Source: an uncultured Gammaproteobacteria bacterium
Lineage (GTDB): Bacteria; Patescibacteriota; Microgenomatia; UBA8517; UBA10165
Assembly: GCA_964366515.1 (NCBI GenBank)
Contig: CAYIUF010000001.1
Location: 51,388 to 115,387 of the forward strand
Direction: 5' to 3'
DNA length: 64,000 bases
Positions within the stretch are counted from its first letter, which is position 1. Every line of letters starts with the position of its first letter. A program made the position numbers and the translations under genes. The notes beneath the pieces were generated by a model. That model was not told the DNA's origin, did not search any database, and worked only from the letters and a program-made list of their open reading frames with translations. This document shows, piece after piece, positions 9,339-17,219 of the stretch.

Positions 9339-9383
9339 CTAGGTGTTGAGGCAGAGAATGAGGCAGATTGATATGTTGGTAAC

Positions 9384-9412
9384 ATTTTACTACGGGTTCA
9401 AGGGTGTGTCAA
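9384..9412 (-). promoter_or_regulatory. sigma70-type promoter (TTGACA-17-TAAAAT) for the LPXTG gene
   Basis: Minus strand: TTGACA (9412-9407), 17-nt spacer, TAAAAT (9389-9384), 45 nt upstream of ATG. Confidence 0.55.
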
Positions 9413-9448
9413 GTGCGGCAACCCCACTACGCTAAGGCTCCGCGGGGC

Positions 9449-9486
9449 AAAGGAAAAAGCACCGCAAAGAGGGATATTTGCGGTGC
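9449..9486 (-). terminator. rho-independent terminator downstream of the 9494-9865 gene
   Basis: Minus strand: GCACCGCAAA-TATCCCTC-TTTGCGGTGC (10-bp stem) followed by TTTTTCCTTT. Confidence 0.6.
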
Positions 9487-9493
9487 AAAAGGG

Positions 9494-9865
9494 CTAATCT
9501 TTGAACTCAACGATGAGCTTGTGCCTTCCAGCCGACAGATGCGCAAAACTCTGAGCAAACACACACCCCCCTGGAGTCAAGCGAGCGGAAACAACCGGAT
9601 GCCAAACATGCCCACCAACCCAACGATAGAGCTTAAGAATACACGCCTCGCAAGGCCCGGGCGCCGTCATGCGAAAATACAGTGTTCCTGAAACGCTTGT
9701 GCTTACGCTGACTCCCCAGAGATCCAACTTGCCAGACGTGTAGAGGAATTCACTTTGTTCCTCCGGATCGTAGCTAAGATCGATTAACAATCGACCTACA
9801 AACGCGATAACAGCTTCCTTCCAATCTGGTCGCGTGTGCGTGTCCACCAGCGCGGTTGCTATCAT
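9494..9865 (-). CDS. hypothetical protein, GC-rich orphan gene
   Basis: 123-aa ORF with strong RBS AAAGGAGAG 5 nt before ATG and its own terminator. Visibly higher GC than neighbours. No motif recognised. Confidence 0.5.
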   Translation of the reverse strand: MIATALVDTHTRPDWKEAVIAFVGRLLIDLSYDPEEQSEFLYTSGKLDLWGVSVSTSVSGTLYFRMTAPGPCEACILKLYRWVGGHVWHPVVSARLTPGGCVFAQSFAHLSAGRHKLIVEFKD

Positions 9866-9949
9866 GTACTCTCCTTTGTATATGTGCTTGTCCGAATAAT
9901 AGAAGCCTCATCTTGCAAAGTCAAACCGAAATCTAATATAGTGGATTAT

Positions 9950-9971
9950 GAACCTGTTTCAAAACAGGTTC
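9950..9971. promoter_or_regulatory. 22-bp near-perfect palindrome GAACCTGTTTCAAAACAGGTTC in a divergent intergenic region
   Basis: Halves GAACCTGTTT / AAACAGGTTC are exact reverse complements. Located between divergent genes (9865 minus, 10037 plus). Confidence 0.35.
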
Positions 9972-10036
9972 TCACGACTCACATTAAACAAGTTAGCGAA
10001 GCTAACGCGTGAGTTTTTGAAACGAGTTATATCCCT

Positions 10037-10723
10037 GTGGCCAAAGTACATATTCAATTTACAAGATACCCGCTTCTTCTAGTTCCTGTCCTGCTCATCG
10101 TCGCCCTCGGAGTACTATTCTTTACTACCTCCAAAAAAACCACAAAAGCCGCCTCAAGCTGTGGGGCAACTTCAGTCTCAGGTCTGTTCGATCCCGAAGA
10201 ATTTGCCTATTTTGGCGGTGAGAAGTTTAAAGTCCCCCTAGAGGATCAGACCTCCCTAGCCCAAGTTCTCGGCGCAGAAGCAGAAGATGGCGAGCGCTGG
10301 ATTGAAGTTGACCTATCAGACCAAAAACTAACAGCAAGAGAAGGCGACGCAGTTTTCTTGGAAACCTCAATTGCAACAGGCCTTCCCTGGACCCCAACCC
10401 CAACTGGGGAATTTAGAGTCTGGGGCAAATTTAGATATACAAAAATGGAAGGCGGCCGGGGCAAGTACTATTATTACCTGCCCAACGTCCCATACGTTAT
10501 GTTTTTTGAAAACTCCGACATCCCGGGATTCCGCGGCTACGGCCTTCACGGCACCTATTGGCACAACAGCTTTGGGACTCCAAGAAGCCATGGATGTGTC
10601 AATCTCCCAACCCCAGTTGCAAAGGAACTATTTTATTGGACAGGCCCGGCCTTGCCGGAAGGCAAAGGTACAGCCCGCGCCTCAAGCGAAAATCCCGGGA
10701 CAAGGATTGTGATCCACGAATAA
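10037..10723 (+). CDS. L,D-transpeptidase (YkuD domain), membrane anchored
   Basis: Catalytic signature HG...SHGCVNL. N-terminal TM helix. Confidence 0.85.
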   Translation: MAKVHIQFTRYPLLLVPVLLIVALGVLFFTTSKKTTKAASSCGATSVSGLFDPEEFAYFGGEKFKVPLEDQTSLAQVLGAEAEDGERWIEVDLSDQKLTAREGDAVFLETSIATGLPWTPTPTGEFRVWGKFRYTKMEGGRGKYYYYLPNVPYVMFFENSDIPGFRGYGLHGTYWHNSFGTPRSHGCVNLPTPVAKELFYWTGPALPEGKGTARASSENPGTRIVIHE

Positions 10724-10731
10724 CACCCTCG

Positions 10732-10785
10732 TGGTATACTACCAAACACACTTGACGACTATCACTCGGTGTGTTAGACTGCTAA
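10732..10785 (+). promoter_or_regulatory. lon upstream region: extended -10 TGGTATACT, a second TTGACG-17-TAGACT promoter, and an overlapping CIRCE-like inverted repeat
   Basis: TGGTATACT at 10732-10740. TTGACG 10752-10757, 17-nt spacer, TAGACT 10775-10780. CTATCACTC-N9-GACTGCTAA at 10759-10785 matches the CIRCE consensus TTAGCACTC-N9-GAGTGCTAA at 15 of 18 positions. Confidence 0.4.
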
Positions 10786-10800
10786 ATACAGTAAATCTGC

Positions 10801-13281
10801 ATGGCTGATATCTCATCCCTAACAAACCTAACTCTACCGGTAGTTGCATTACGCGGGTCGGTAGTCTTTCCCCGAACTGAAAGCATCCTAACTTTCGGTC
10901 GTCCAAAAACAAAAGCAGCAGTCAACGCCGCTTATCAAAACGACAAGCTTTTGGCAATCTTTACCCAAAAAGATGCAAGAATCTCAGACCCAGTCCCCGA
11001 AGACCTCTTCCCAATAGGAACCCTTGTTGAAATCCAGCAAATAATGCCGGCAGATGAAGAAATCCATGTCTTAGTCTCAGGCCGCGCAAGAATAAAAATA
11101 AACGAAGTTGTAGCCCAAAATCCCTTCCCGGTATACAAAATTGAACAAGTAGAGGAGGAAATTATGAACTCAGGAGACGAAGAGGCAAGAGCAAAACATT
11201 TAGTCTCGCTTTTTGAAAAAGCAATTCGCCTTGGAAAACCAGCAGATGTCCAAACAGTAATGCGTCTTCTTTCTGCAAAAATAGAGCCAGCAGAATTGGT
11301 TGACCAAATTGCATATTTATTGGACGTTAAGACTCCGGTAAAACAAGAACTTTTAGAAACCTTAAATCTTGAAGAACGGGCAAAAAAGGTTGAAGACCTC
11401 CTGGGGCGTGAAGTTGGGATTCTAGAACTTGAAAAATCAATCTCTTCAAAAACCCAAAAGAGATTTGAGGAACAAATGAAGAGAGCAATGCTTAAAGAAC
11501 ATCAAAAAACAATTCAACAGGAATTAAAAAGCCTGGATGGGGAAGAAACCGGAGATGACGAAGTAGACGATCTTAGAAAAAGAATTAAAGAAGCAGGAAT
11601 GCCCGAAGATGTCAGAAAAAAGGCAGAAAAGGAACTAAAGCGCTTGGTTCAAATGTCCCCAAACCATCCGGAATCTGGATATGTCAGAAATTATCTTGAG
11701 TGGTTATGCGAAATGCCCTGGAGTACAAAGTCCCCGGACAATGTCTCAATAAAAAATGCAGGGATAATATTAGACAAGGACCATTACGCGCTAAAAAAAA
11801 CAAAAGAGAGAATTTTGGAATTTTTGGCCGTCATGCAACTTAAAAATGAGGCAAAGAAAAAAGAAATAGAGTCTCAAGTTGGGCAAGAGGGTAGTGCCAA
11901 TGGTGAAATTGTAGAAACCATGGAAGGCTCGCCAACAATTCTTTGCTTTATCGGCCCTCCGGGAGTTGGTAAAACATCAATTGGGCGATCAATTGCAAGG
12001 GCTTTGGGGAGAAAATTTGTCAGAATTTCTTTAGGTGGAGTTCGGGATGAAGCAGAGATTCGTGGCCACAGAAGAACATATGTTGGAGCGCTTCCCGGAA
12101 GAATTATCCAGGGAATGAAAAATGCGGCAACCAAAAACCCAGTATTTATGCTTGACGAGATAGACAAGCTGGGGATGGACTTTAGGGGCGATCCCTCAAG
12201 TGCGCTTTTGGAAGTCTTAGACCCGGAACAAAATAAAGAGTTCTCAGACCACTACCTGGAAGTCCCCTTCGATTTATCGGAAGTTATGTTTATCTGTACG
12301 GGAAACATCTTGGAAACAATCCCTCCGGCTCTGAAAGACAGAATGGAAATCATCCGCTTTGCGGGCTATACAGAGGATGAAAAATTCAACATAGCAAAAG
12401 ATTATCTTTGGCCAAAACAGCTAAAAAACCACGGTCTGTCTGCCCAAATCCTGCTAAACTCCAAGGCTCTGCGGGAAATTATCAGCAAATACACAAGAGA
12501 AGCAGGAGTAAGAAACCTTGAAAGAAATCTTGCAACAATCTCAAGAAAAATCGCAAGAGATCTGGCAGAAGGGAAAAAAGAGACAGCAAACATACAAAAA
12601 GAAGACTTAAGAAAACTCCTGGGCCCTGCGCAATATTCTTCGCTTATTGCTGAGAAAAAAGATGAAATCGGAATTTCAACCGGGCTTGCAGTTACCGCCT
12701 CAGGCGGCGAAATAATCTTTGTTGAAACGGCGCTCATGCCAGGAAAAGGAAAACTAACCCTAACAGGCCAGCTTGGAGAGGTAATGCGCGAATCGGCTTT
12801 GGCGGCATTCTCCTATGCCCGTTCCCATTCTGAGGAACTTGGGATAAGAGACGAAGTTGCAAGAAAAATTGATGTTCACATCCATGTACCAGAAGGCGCA
12901 GTTCCCAAAGACGGACCCTCAGCAGGAGTTGCTATGGCAACCTCTCTAATTTCAGCATTAACTGGAGTTAAAACTAAAAAAGATGTTGCAATGACTGGCG
13001 AGATAACATTGCGCGGAAGAGTTATGGAAATAGGCGGAGTTAAAGAAAAAGTAATTGCAGCCCACAGGGCAGGAATAAAAACCGTAATCCTTCCCAAAGA
13101 CAACGAAAAAGATATGGATGATGTTCCAGACAAGGTCAAAAAAGACATCAAGTTTGTCTTTGCAGACCATCTAGACCAAGTTTTGGAAACTGCAGTTGAT
13201 GGCTTCAAGAAAACCAACGGCCATCCCAAAGCTCCAGAAGCTCTCCCAGCCCCAATAGTCCCCGCCTTCCTGGCTGGATAA
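10801..13281 (+). CDS. lon: ATP-dependent protease La
   Basis: Lon N-domain, AAA+ Walker A GPPGVGKTS, and catalytic PKDGPSAG serine motif. 826 aa. Confidence 0.95.
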   Translation: MADISSLTNLTLPVVALRGSVVFPRTESILTFGRPKTKAAVNAAYQNDKLLAIFTQKDARISDPVPEDLFPIGTLVEIQQIMPADEEIHVLVSGRARIKINEVVAQNPFPVYKIEQVEEEIMNSGDEEARAKHLVSLFEKAIRLGKPADVQTVMRLLSAKIEPAELVDQIAYLLDVKTPVKQELLETLNLEERAKKVEDLLGREVGILELEKSISSKTQKRFEEQMKRAMLKEHQKTIQQELKSLDGEETGDDEVDDLRKRIKEAGMPEDVRKKAEKELKRLVQMSPNHPESGYVRNYLEWLCEMPWSTKSPDNVSIKNAGIILDKDHYALKKTKERILEFLAVMQLKNEAKKKEIESQVGQEGSANGEIVETMEGSPTILCFIGPPGVGKTSIGRSIARALGRKFVRISLGGVRDEAEIRGHRRTYVGALPGRIIQGMKNAATKNPVFMLDEIDKLGMDFRGDPSSALLEVLDPEQNKEFSDHYLEVPFDLSEVMFICTGNILETIPPALKDRMEIIRFAGYTEDEKFNIAKDYLWPKQLKNHGLSAQILLNSKALREIISKYTREAGVRNLERNLATISRKIARDLAEGKKETANIQKEDLRKLLGPAQYSSLIAEKKDEIGISTGLAVTASGGEIIFVETALMPGKGKLTLTGQLGEVMRESALAAFSYARSHSEELGIRDEVARKIDVHIHVPEGAVPKDGPSAGVAMATSLISALTGVKTKKDVAMTGEITLRGRVMEIGGVKEKVIAAHRAGIKTVILPKDNEKDMDDVPDKVKKDIKFVFADHLDQVLETAVDGFKKTNGHPKAPEALPAPIVPAFLAG

Positions 13282-13300
13282 AACTGTGGTAAAGTAAACC

Positions 13301-13777
13301 ATGGACAAGAAAGCGCTTCTGATAGGTGGGACCATCATCTTTGCATCAGTAGGTGCGTTTTATGTTGCAACACAGAGAGAAAAATCAACAACCACCTCTA
13401 CAGAAACTCAACAAGCGCCAGAAGCTCAAAAATCTCAAGACGAGCTTTCGAGCAATGGCAGATATGTGGAATATACAAAAGCCGTACTTGAGCAAAATGC
13501 AGACAAGCGTAGAGTTTTGTACTTCTATGCCTCTTGGTGTCCAACCTGCCAGCCGGCAGACGATAAATTCAAAGAAAACTCAGACAAAATTCCAGAGGAC
13601 ACAAGAGTGATAAGAGTCAACTACAATGACCCCAATACAGACCAGGAAGAAAAAGACTTAGCAAAAAAATACAACGTTACATACCAACACACATTTGTCC
13701 AAATAGACAAAGAGGCAAATGTGGTAGCAAAATGGAATGGTGGGGGAATTGAGGAACTTCTGAAAAACATTAAATGA
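13301..13777 (+). CDS. membrane-anchored thioredoxin-fold protein (CxxC = WCPTC)
   Basis: N-terminal TM helix. YFYASWCPTCQ thioredoxin-like active site. Confidence 0.7.
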   Translation: MDKKALLIGGTIIFASVGAFYVATQREKSTTTSTETQQAPEAQKSQDELSSNGRYVEYTKAVLEQNADKRRVLYFYASWCPTCQPADDKFKENSDKIPEDTRVIRVNYNDPNTDQEEKDLAKKYNVTYQHTFVQIDKEANVVAKWNGGGIEELLKNIK

Positions 13778-14517
13778 TTCTTCTTGTCCTTTTTGCTTTT
13801 TTGGGCGGAATTGTAACAATTCTCTCTCCCTGCATCTTGCCAATCTTGCCAATTGTTTTATCTGGCGGTGTAACTTCCGGAAAAAGAAAACCCCTTGGAA
13901 TAGTTTTAGGTTTTGTTTTAAGCTTTACTTTCTTTACACTGTTTCTTTCGGCCATTGTTAAAGCCTTTGGAATTTCTGCTGACAACCTAAGATCTGCTTC
14001 TGTGGTTATTATTTTATTCTTTGGCATTAGCCTACTTATTCCTCAAGTACAACAATTTTTAGAAAAGTTGTTTTCTGGGCTAACCGGGAACCTTAGGATT
14101 AGCACTAAGGATGGCTTCTGGGGAGGAATTTTGATTGGCCTATCTTTAGGTCTTCTTTGGACCCCTTGCGTCGGGCCAATTATTGCCTCGGTTATAACTT
14201 TAGCAGCAACAAGTACTATTAACTTATCTGCATTTTTTATAACACTTGCTTACTCGTTGGGAACTGCTTTGCCCATGCTTGCTGTTATGTATGGCGGGAG
14301 GAGTCTTTTAGAAAAAACGGGACTAGCAAAAAACGCAGGATATATCCAAAAATGGTTCGGACTATTAATGATTTTAACAGCAATTGGAATATTCTTCCAA
14401 GTAGACAGAAGATTCCAAACGTATATTCTTAATACTTTCCCAAATTACAGTGAGAACCTAACAAAGCTTGAAGACAACAAAATGATTGAAGAAGGGCTTG
14501 AGAGAATAAATAAGTGA
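13774..14517 (+). CDS. ccdA: cytochrome c-type biogenesis/thiol-disulfide electron transfer membrane protein CcdA (DsbD core)
   Basis: Two conserved Cys in TM regions (LSPCILP, WTPCVGP) and six TM helices. ATGA overlap with the upstream thioredoxin gene. Confidence 0.8.
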   Translation: MILLVLFAFLGGIVTILSPCILPILPIVLSGGVTSGKRKPLGIVLGFVLSFTFFTLFLSAIVKAFGISADNLRSASVVIILFFGISLLIPQVQQFLEKLFSGLTGNLRISTKDGFWGGILIGLSLGLLWTPCVGPIIASVITLAATSTINLSAFFITLAYSLGTALPMLAVMYGGRSLLEKTGLAKNAGYIQKWFGLLMILTAIGIFFQVDRRFQTYILNTFPNYSENLTKLEDNKMIEEGLERINK

Positions 14518-14587
14518 CCCCACCGGGAGTCGAACCCGGGTTCCCAGAATGAGAATCTGGTGTCCTTGGCCTCTAGACGATGGGGCC
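14515..14587 (-). tRNA. tRNA-Glu (anticodon CUC)
   Basis: Minus strand GGCCCCATCGTCTAGAGGCCAAGGACACCAGATTCTCATTCTGGGAACCCGGGTTCGACTCCCGGTGGGGTCA. Closely matches the canonical tRNA-Glu D-arm (TCGTCTAGAGGCC). Anticodon loop TTCTCAT. 3' end overlaps the ccdA stop codon. Confidence 0.85.
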
Positions 14588-14600
14588 GCCTGAGACACTG

Positions 14601-14606
14601 ATTATA
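14601..14606 (-). promoter_or_regulatory. TATAAT -10 box 13 nt upstream of tRNA-Glu
   Basis: Minus strand GAGGTATAATCAGTGTCTCAGGC precedes the tRNA 5' end. Confidence 0.4.
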
Positions 14607-14620
14607 CCTCATTCCAGGCT

Positions 14621-14651
14621 CCACAAAAAGCCCGGGCGCAAGAACCCAGGC
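14621..14651 (-). terminator. rho-independent terminator (GCCTGGG-loop-CCCGGGC + TTTTTGTGG)
   Basis: Minus strand 7-bp GC-rich stem followed by a T-run. Lies between the small KGG gene and tRNA-Glu. Confidence 0.5.
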
Positions 14652-14687
14652 TTCTCTCAAACCACACTCATAACAAATTCAAGGAAA

Positions 14688-14769
14688 CCGCGAATTCTTA
14701 ATTCGCGGAGGAATTGAACTTGATATGTCGTTCTCTCTCAGGAGTGAAACCGCGGACTAAAGTCCGCGG
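14688..14769 (-). terminator. two perfect palindromic hairpins (CCGCGAATT-ctt-AATTCGCGG and CCGCGGACT-aa-AGTCCGCGG) downstream of the KGG gene
   Basis: Perfect 9-bp stems at 14688-14708 and 14750-14769. The second is 10 nt after the stop of the 14779-14946 gene. Confidence 0.45.
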
Positions 14770-14778
14770 AGAACGTCA

Positions 14779-14946
14779 TCAGTACGTATCGTCCATATCC
14801 CTTTCTAGAATAAATCCATCCCCGAATTCCTCTTCCTTTTCTCTGGCTCTGCTCCTTGCACGAGCTTCCCCGCCAAGCCTTGCAATCTCAGTCCTTTCTC
14901 GTTTTGATAAAGCCGCAAACCCTTGTTTTTTCTTTTTCCTAGCCAT
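14779..14946 (-). CDS. small KGG-repeat stress-induced protein (YciG-like)
   Basis: 55 aa, MARKKKKQGFAALSKRERTEIARLGGEARARS, resembling the KGG stress-protein repeat (GFAAM..E..REIASKGGKA). RBS GGGGGTGAGAAAG immediately upstream. The tool ORF is longer (to 15123) but without support. Confidence 0.55.
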   Translation of the reverse strand: MARKKKKQGFAALSKRERTEIARLGGEARARSRAREKEEEFGDGFILERDMDDTY

Positions 14947-15345
14947 GTACTTTCTCACCCCCTTTTCTTGTGTGTGCACTTTACCAATAGCAGACCAGAA
15001 ACTAATTTCATGAGGGCAAGAAACAGAAAAGAGCGTCACTACGGGACTGCGGCCTGAAGACAGGCCTTGACTTCGGCTATTCTTCGGGTGTTTAATGAGG
15101 TGTGACTCAAAAAATAAACTCAAAAGTAACAGTCTACGCAGTGTTTGACCACATAACTTTAAGTGTTAGGCCAAAGGTTATTTTGTGGAACGGCAGAATC
15201 CACAATATCGTTAAAGTCGGCCTCCATCACGTTTACAGGCGCGGCAGGACTGCTTTCCATGTTTTCTCCGTTGCATCAGAAACTTTATTCTTTCGCCTGG
15301 TTCTTGATACCGACAAGCTTTATTGGACTCTAGAGGAAGTACAAG

Positions 15346-16629
15346 ATGCAGAATCCAATTGAAAACTCGAGGTTTAAAAACCTCGTGGATTTGGGATTCA
15401 ACCAGAAAAGTGCCACAGTAATGCACCTAGACCTCAATTCGTGTTTTGCAACCATTGAACAGCAAGCAAACCCGCACCTCCGTGGCCGGCCTATTGCAGT
15501 CGCAGCATACGCCTCAAACAATGGCTGTATTTTGGCCCCATCTGTGGAAGCAAAACGTTTCGGTGTAAAAACCGGAATGAGAGTCAAAGACGGAAAAGTT
15601 CTATGCCCCAATTTACTTGTACTTCCCCCAGACCCCGACAAATACAGAAATGTTCATGTTAAGTTCAGAAAATTATTAAGAAGGTATACAGACAACGTCT
15701 TGCCAAAATCCATAGACGAGTTTGTTTTGGATTTAGAGGGGTTTCCCTCGCTCAAAAGTGGAATCGAAAATATAGCCCAAGAAATAAAAGACAAAATCAA
15801 AAAAGAAATAGGTGATTGGCTAACAATCTCAGTTGGAATTGCCCCGAACAAGTATTTAGCAAAAATCGGAGCAGGTTTGCATAAACCAGACGGTCTGGAC
15901 GTTGTGGATTCGCAAACCTTCCGTGGTATTTACCAAAACCTAAAACTAACAGACCTCTGTGGAATCAAAAAGGCAAACAGCAAACGTCTTGAAAGTATGG
16001 ACATTTTTTCTGTCGAAGACTTTTACAATGCACCCGTTTGGAAATTAAAAGCGGCATTTCATAGCATAGCCGGCTACTACTGGTATCTTCGCCTCAGAGG
16101 TTTTGAAATAGACGACGTGGAATATGCAAGAAGAAGCTATGGAAACTCCTACGCATTGCCAAAGCCGTATACAAACCCCAAAGACCTTGCCCCAATTTTA
16201 CAGAAACTTTGTGAGAAGGCCGGATCCCGAATGAGAAGAGCTGGCTACATGGCCCGCGGAGTTCACCTATCTATAACATTTCGAGATTGGAACGGCTGGC
16301 ACCACGGCCAAACGCAAAACAGTTTAATTTTCGACTCCAGAGATATTTATAAAACCGCTTTTCAAATCCTTCTTTCTTGCCCCGATATAAAACCAGTCCG
16401 CAATTTAGCAGTATCTTGTTTCAATATTGAAAAACCAGAAAGCCACCAAACATCTTTTTGGGAGGAATACGACAAAAAGAGGAGACTTGTTCGCGCCGTG
16501 GACCAGGTAAACAATCGCTGGGGAGGTTTTGTAATTACCCCCGCGAGAATGGCAGGGACAGGAGGGGTTGTGCATGACCGAATTGCCTTCGGGGGAGTCA
16601 AGGAGCTTGAGGAAATCATCACATCCTAG
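15346..16629 (+). CDS. dinB: Y-family DNA polymerase (DinB/Pol IV-like)
   Basis: HLDLNSCFATIEQ (DxD-FFA-VE region), SIDEFVLDL (catalytic D/E), and SVGIAPNKYLAKIGAGLHKPDG motifs. Confidence 0.85.
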   Translation: MQNPIENSRFKNLVDLGFNQKSATVMHLDLNSCFATIEQQANPHLRGRPIAVAAYASNNGCILAPSVEAKRFGVKTGMRVKDGKVLCPNLLVLPPDPDKYRNVHVKFRKLLRRYTDNVLPKSIDEFVLDLEGFPSLKSGIENIAQEIKDKIKKEIGDWLTISVGIAPNKYLAKIGAGLHKPDGLDVVDSQTFRGIYQNLKLTDLCGIKKANSKRLESMDIFSVEDFYNAPVWKLKAAFHSIAGYYWYLRLRGFEIDDVEYARRSYGNSYALPKPYTNPKDLAPILQKLCEKAGSRMRRAGYMARGVHLSITFRDWNGWHHGQTQNSLIFDSRDIYKTAFQILLSCPDIKPVRNLAVSCFNIEKPESHQTSFWEEYDKKRRLVRAVDQVNNRWGGFVITPARMAGTGGVVHDRIAFGGVKELEEIITS

Positions 16630-16635
16630 CAGGGT

Positions 16636-16664
16636 TTGACTTCCATCTTTGGGCATCCTACAAT
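16636..16664 (+). promoter_or_regulatory. sigma70-type promoter TTGACT-17-TACAAT upstream of greA
   Basis: TTGACT 16636-16641, 17-nt spacer, TACAAT 16659-16664. About 65 nt before greA ATG. Confidence 0.55.
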
Positions 16665-16730
16665 ACACTGCGTAGAGATCACAGGACCCCAAGCGGCCGG
16701 AAGCCCAAGTCCCAAAAACCAAAATCTAAA

Positions 16731-17198
16731 ATGTCAAAAGGCAATGTAATCCAGCTCACAGAGGCTGGTTTTTCTAAATTAAAGAACGAGCTCGAGGATC
16801 TTGTTAAGAACAAGAGACCTCAGGCTGTGGATCGATTGTCCCAAGCTCGATCCATGGGCGACCTATCGGAAAACTCAGACTACCACCAAGCCAAAGAAGC
16901 CCTAGAGTTTATTGATGGTAGATTATCAGAGCTTGAGATGGTCATAAACCAAGCGAAGGTTGTGGGAAACCTTCATTCAACAAAAGAAGTAGGAGTCGGA
17001 GCAAAAGTTAAAGTCACAATTGGAAAATCAGAACAGGTCTTCAATATTGTCGGAGAATGGGAAGCAGATCCAAAAGAAAAGAAAATTTCCCATGAATCTC
17101 CTCTCGGAAAAGCCTTAATTGGAAGAAAAGTTGGAGAAACTGTTGAAGTCCAAGCCCCAGCTGGAAAAGTAGAATATACAATAGTCGGCATAGAGTAA
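16731..17198 (+). CDS. greA: transcription elongation factor GreA
   Basis: Full-length similarity pattern (N-terminal coiled coil, C-terminal FKBP-like domain, ...PLGKALIGRKVGE...). Confidence 0.95.
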   Translation: MSKGNVIQLTEAGFSKLKNELEDLVKNKRPQAVDRLSQARSMGDLSENSDYHQAKEALEFIDGRLSELEMVINQAKVVGNLHSTKEVGVGAKVKVTIGKSEQVFNIVGEWEADPKEKKISHESPLGKALIGRKVGETVEVQAPAGKVEYTIVGIE

Positions 17199-17219
17199 GA
17201 ATCCTGCTACAATAGCTTC

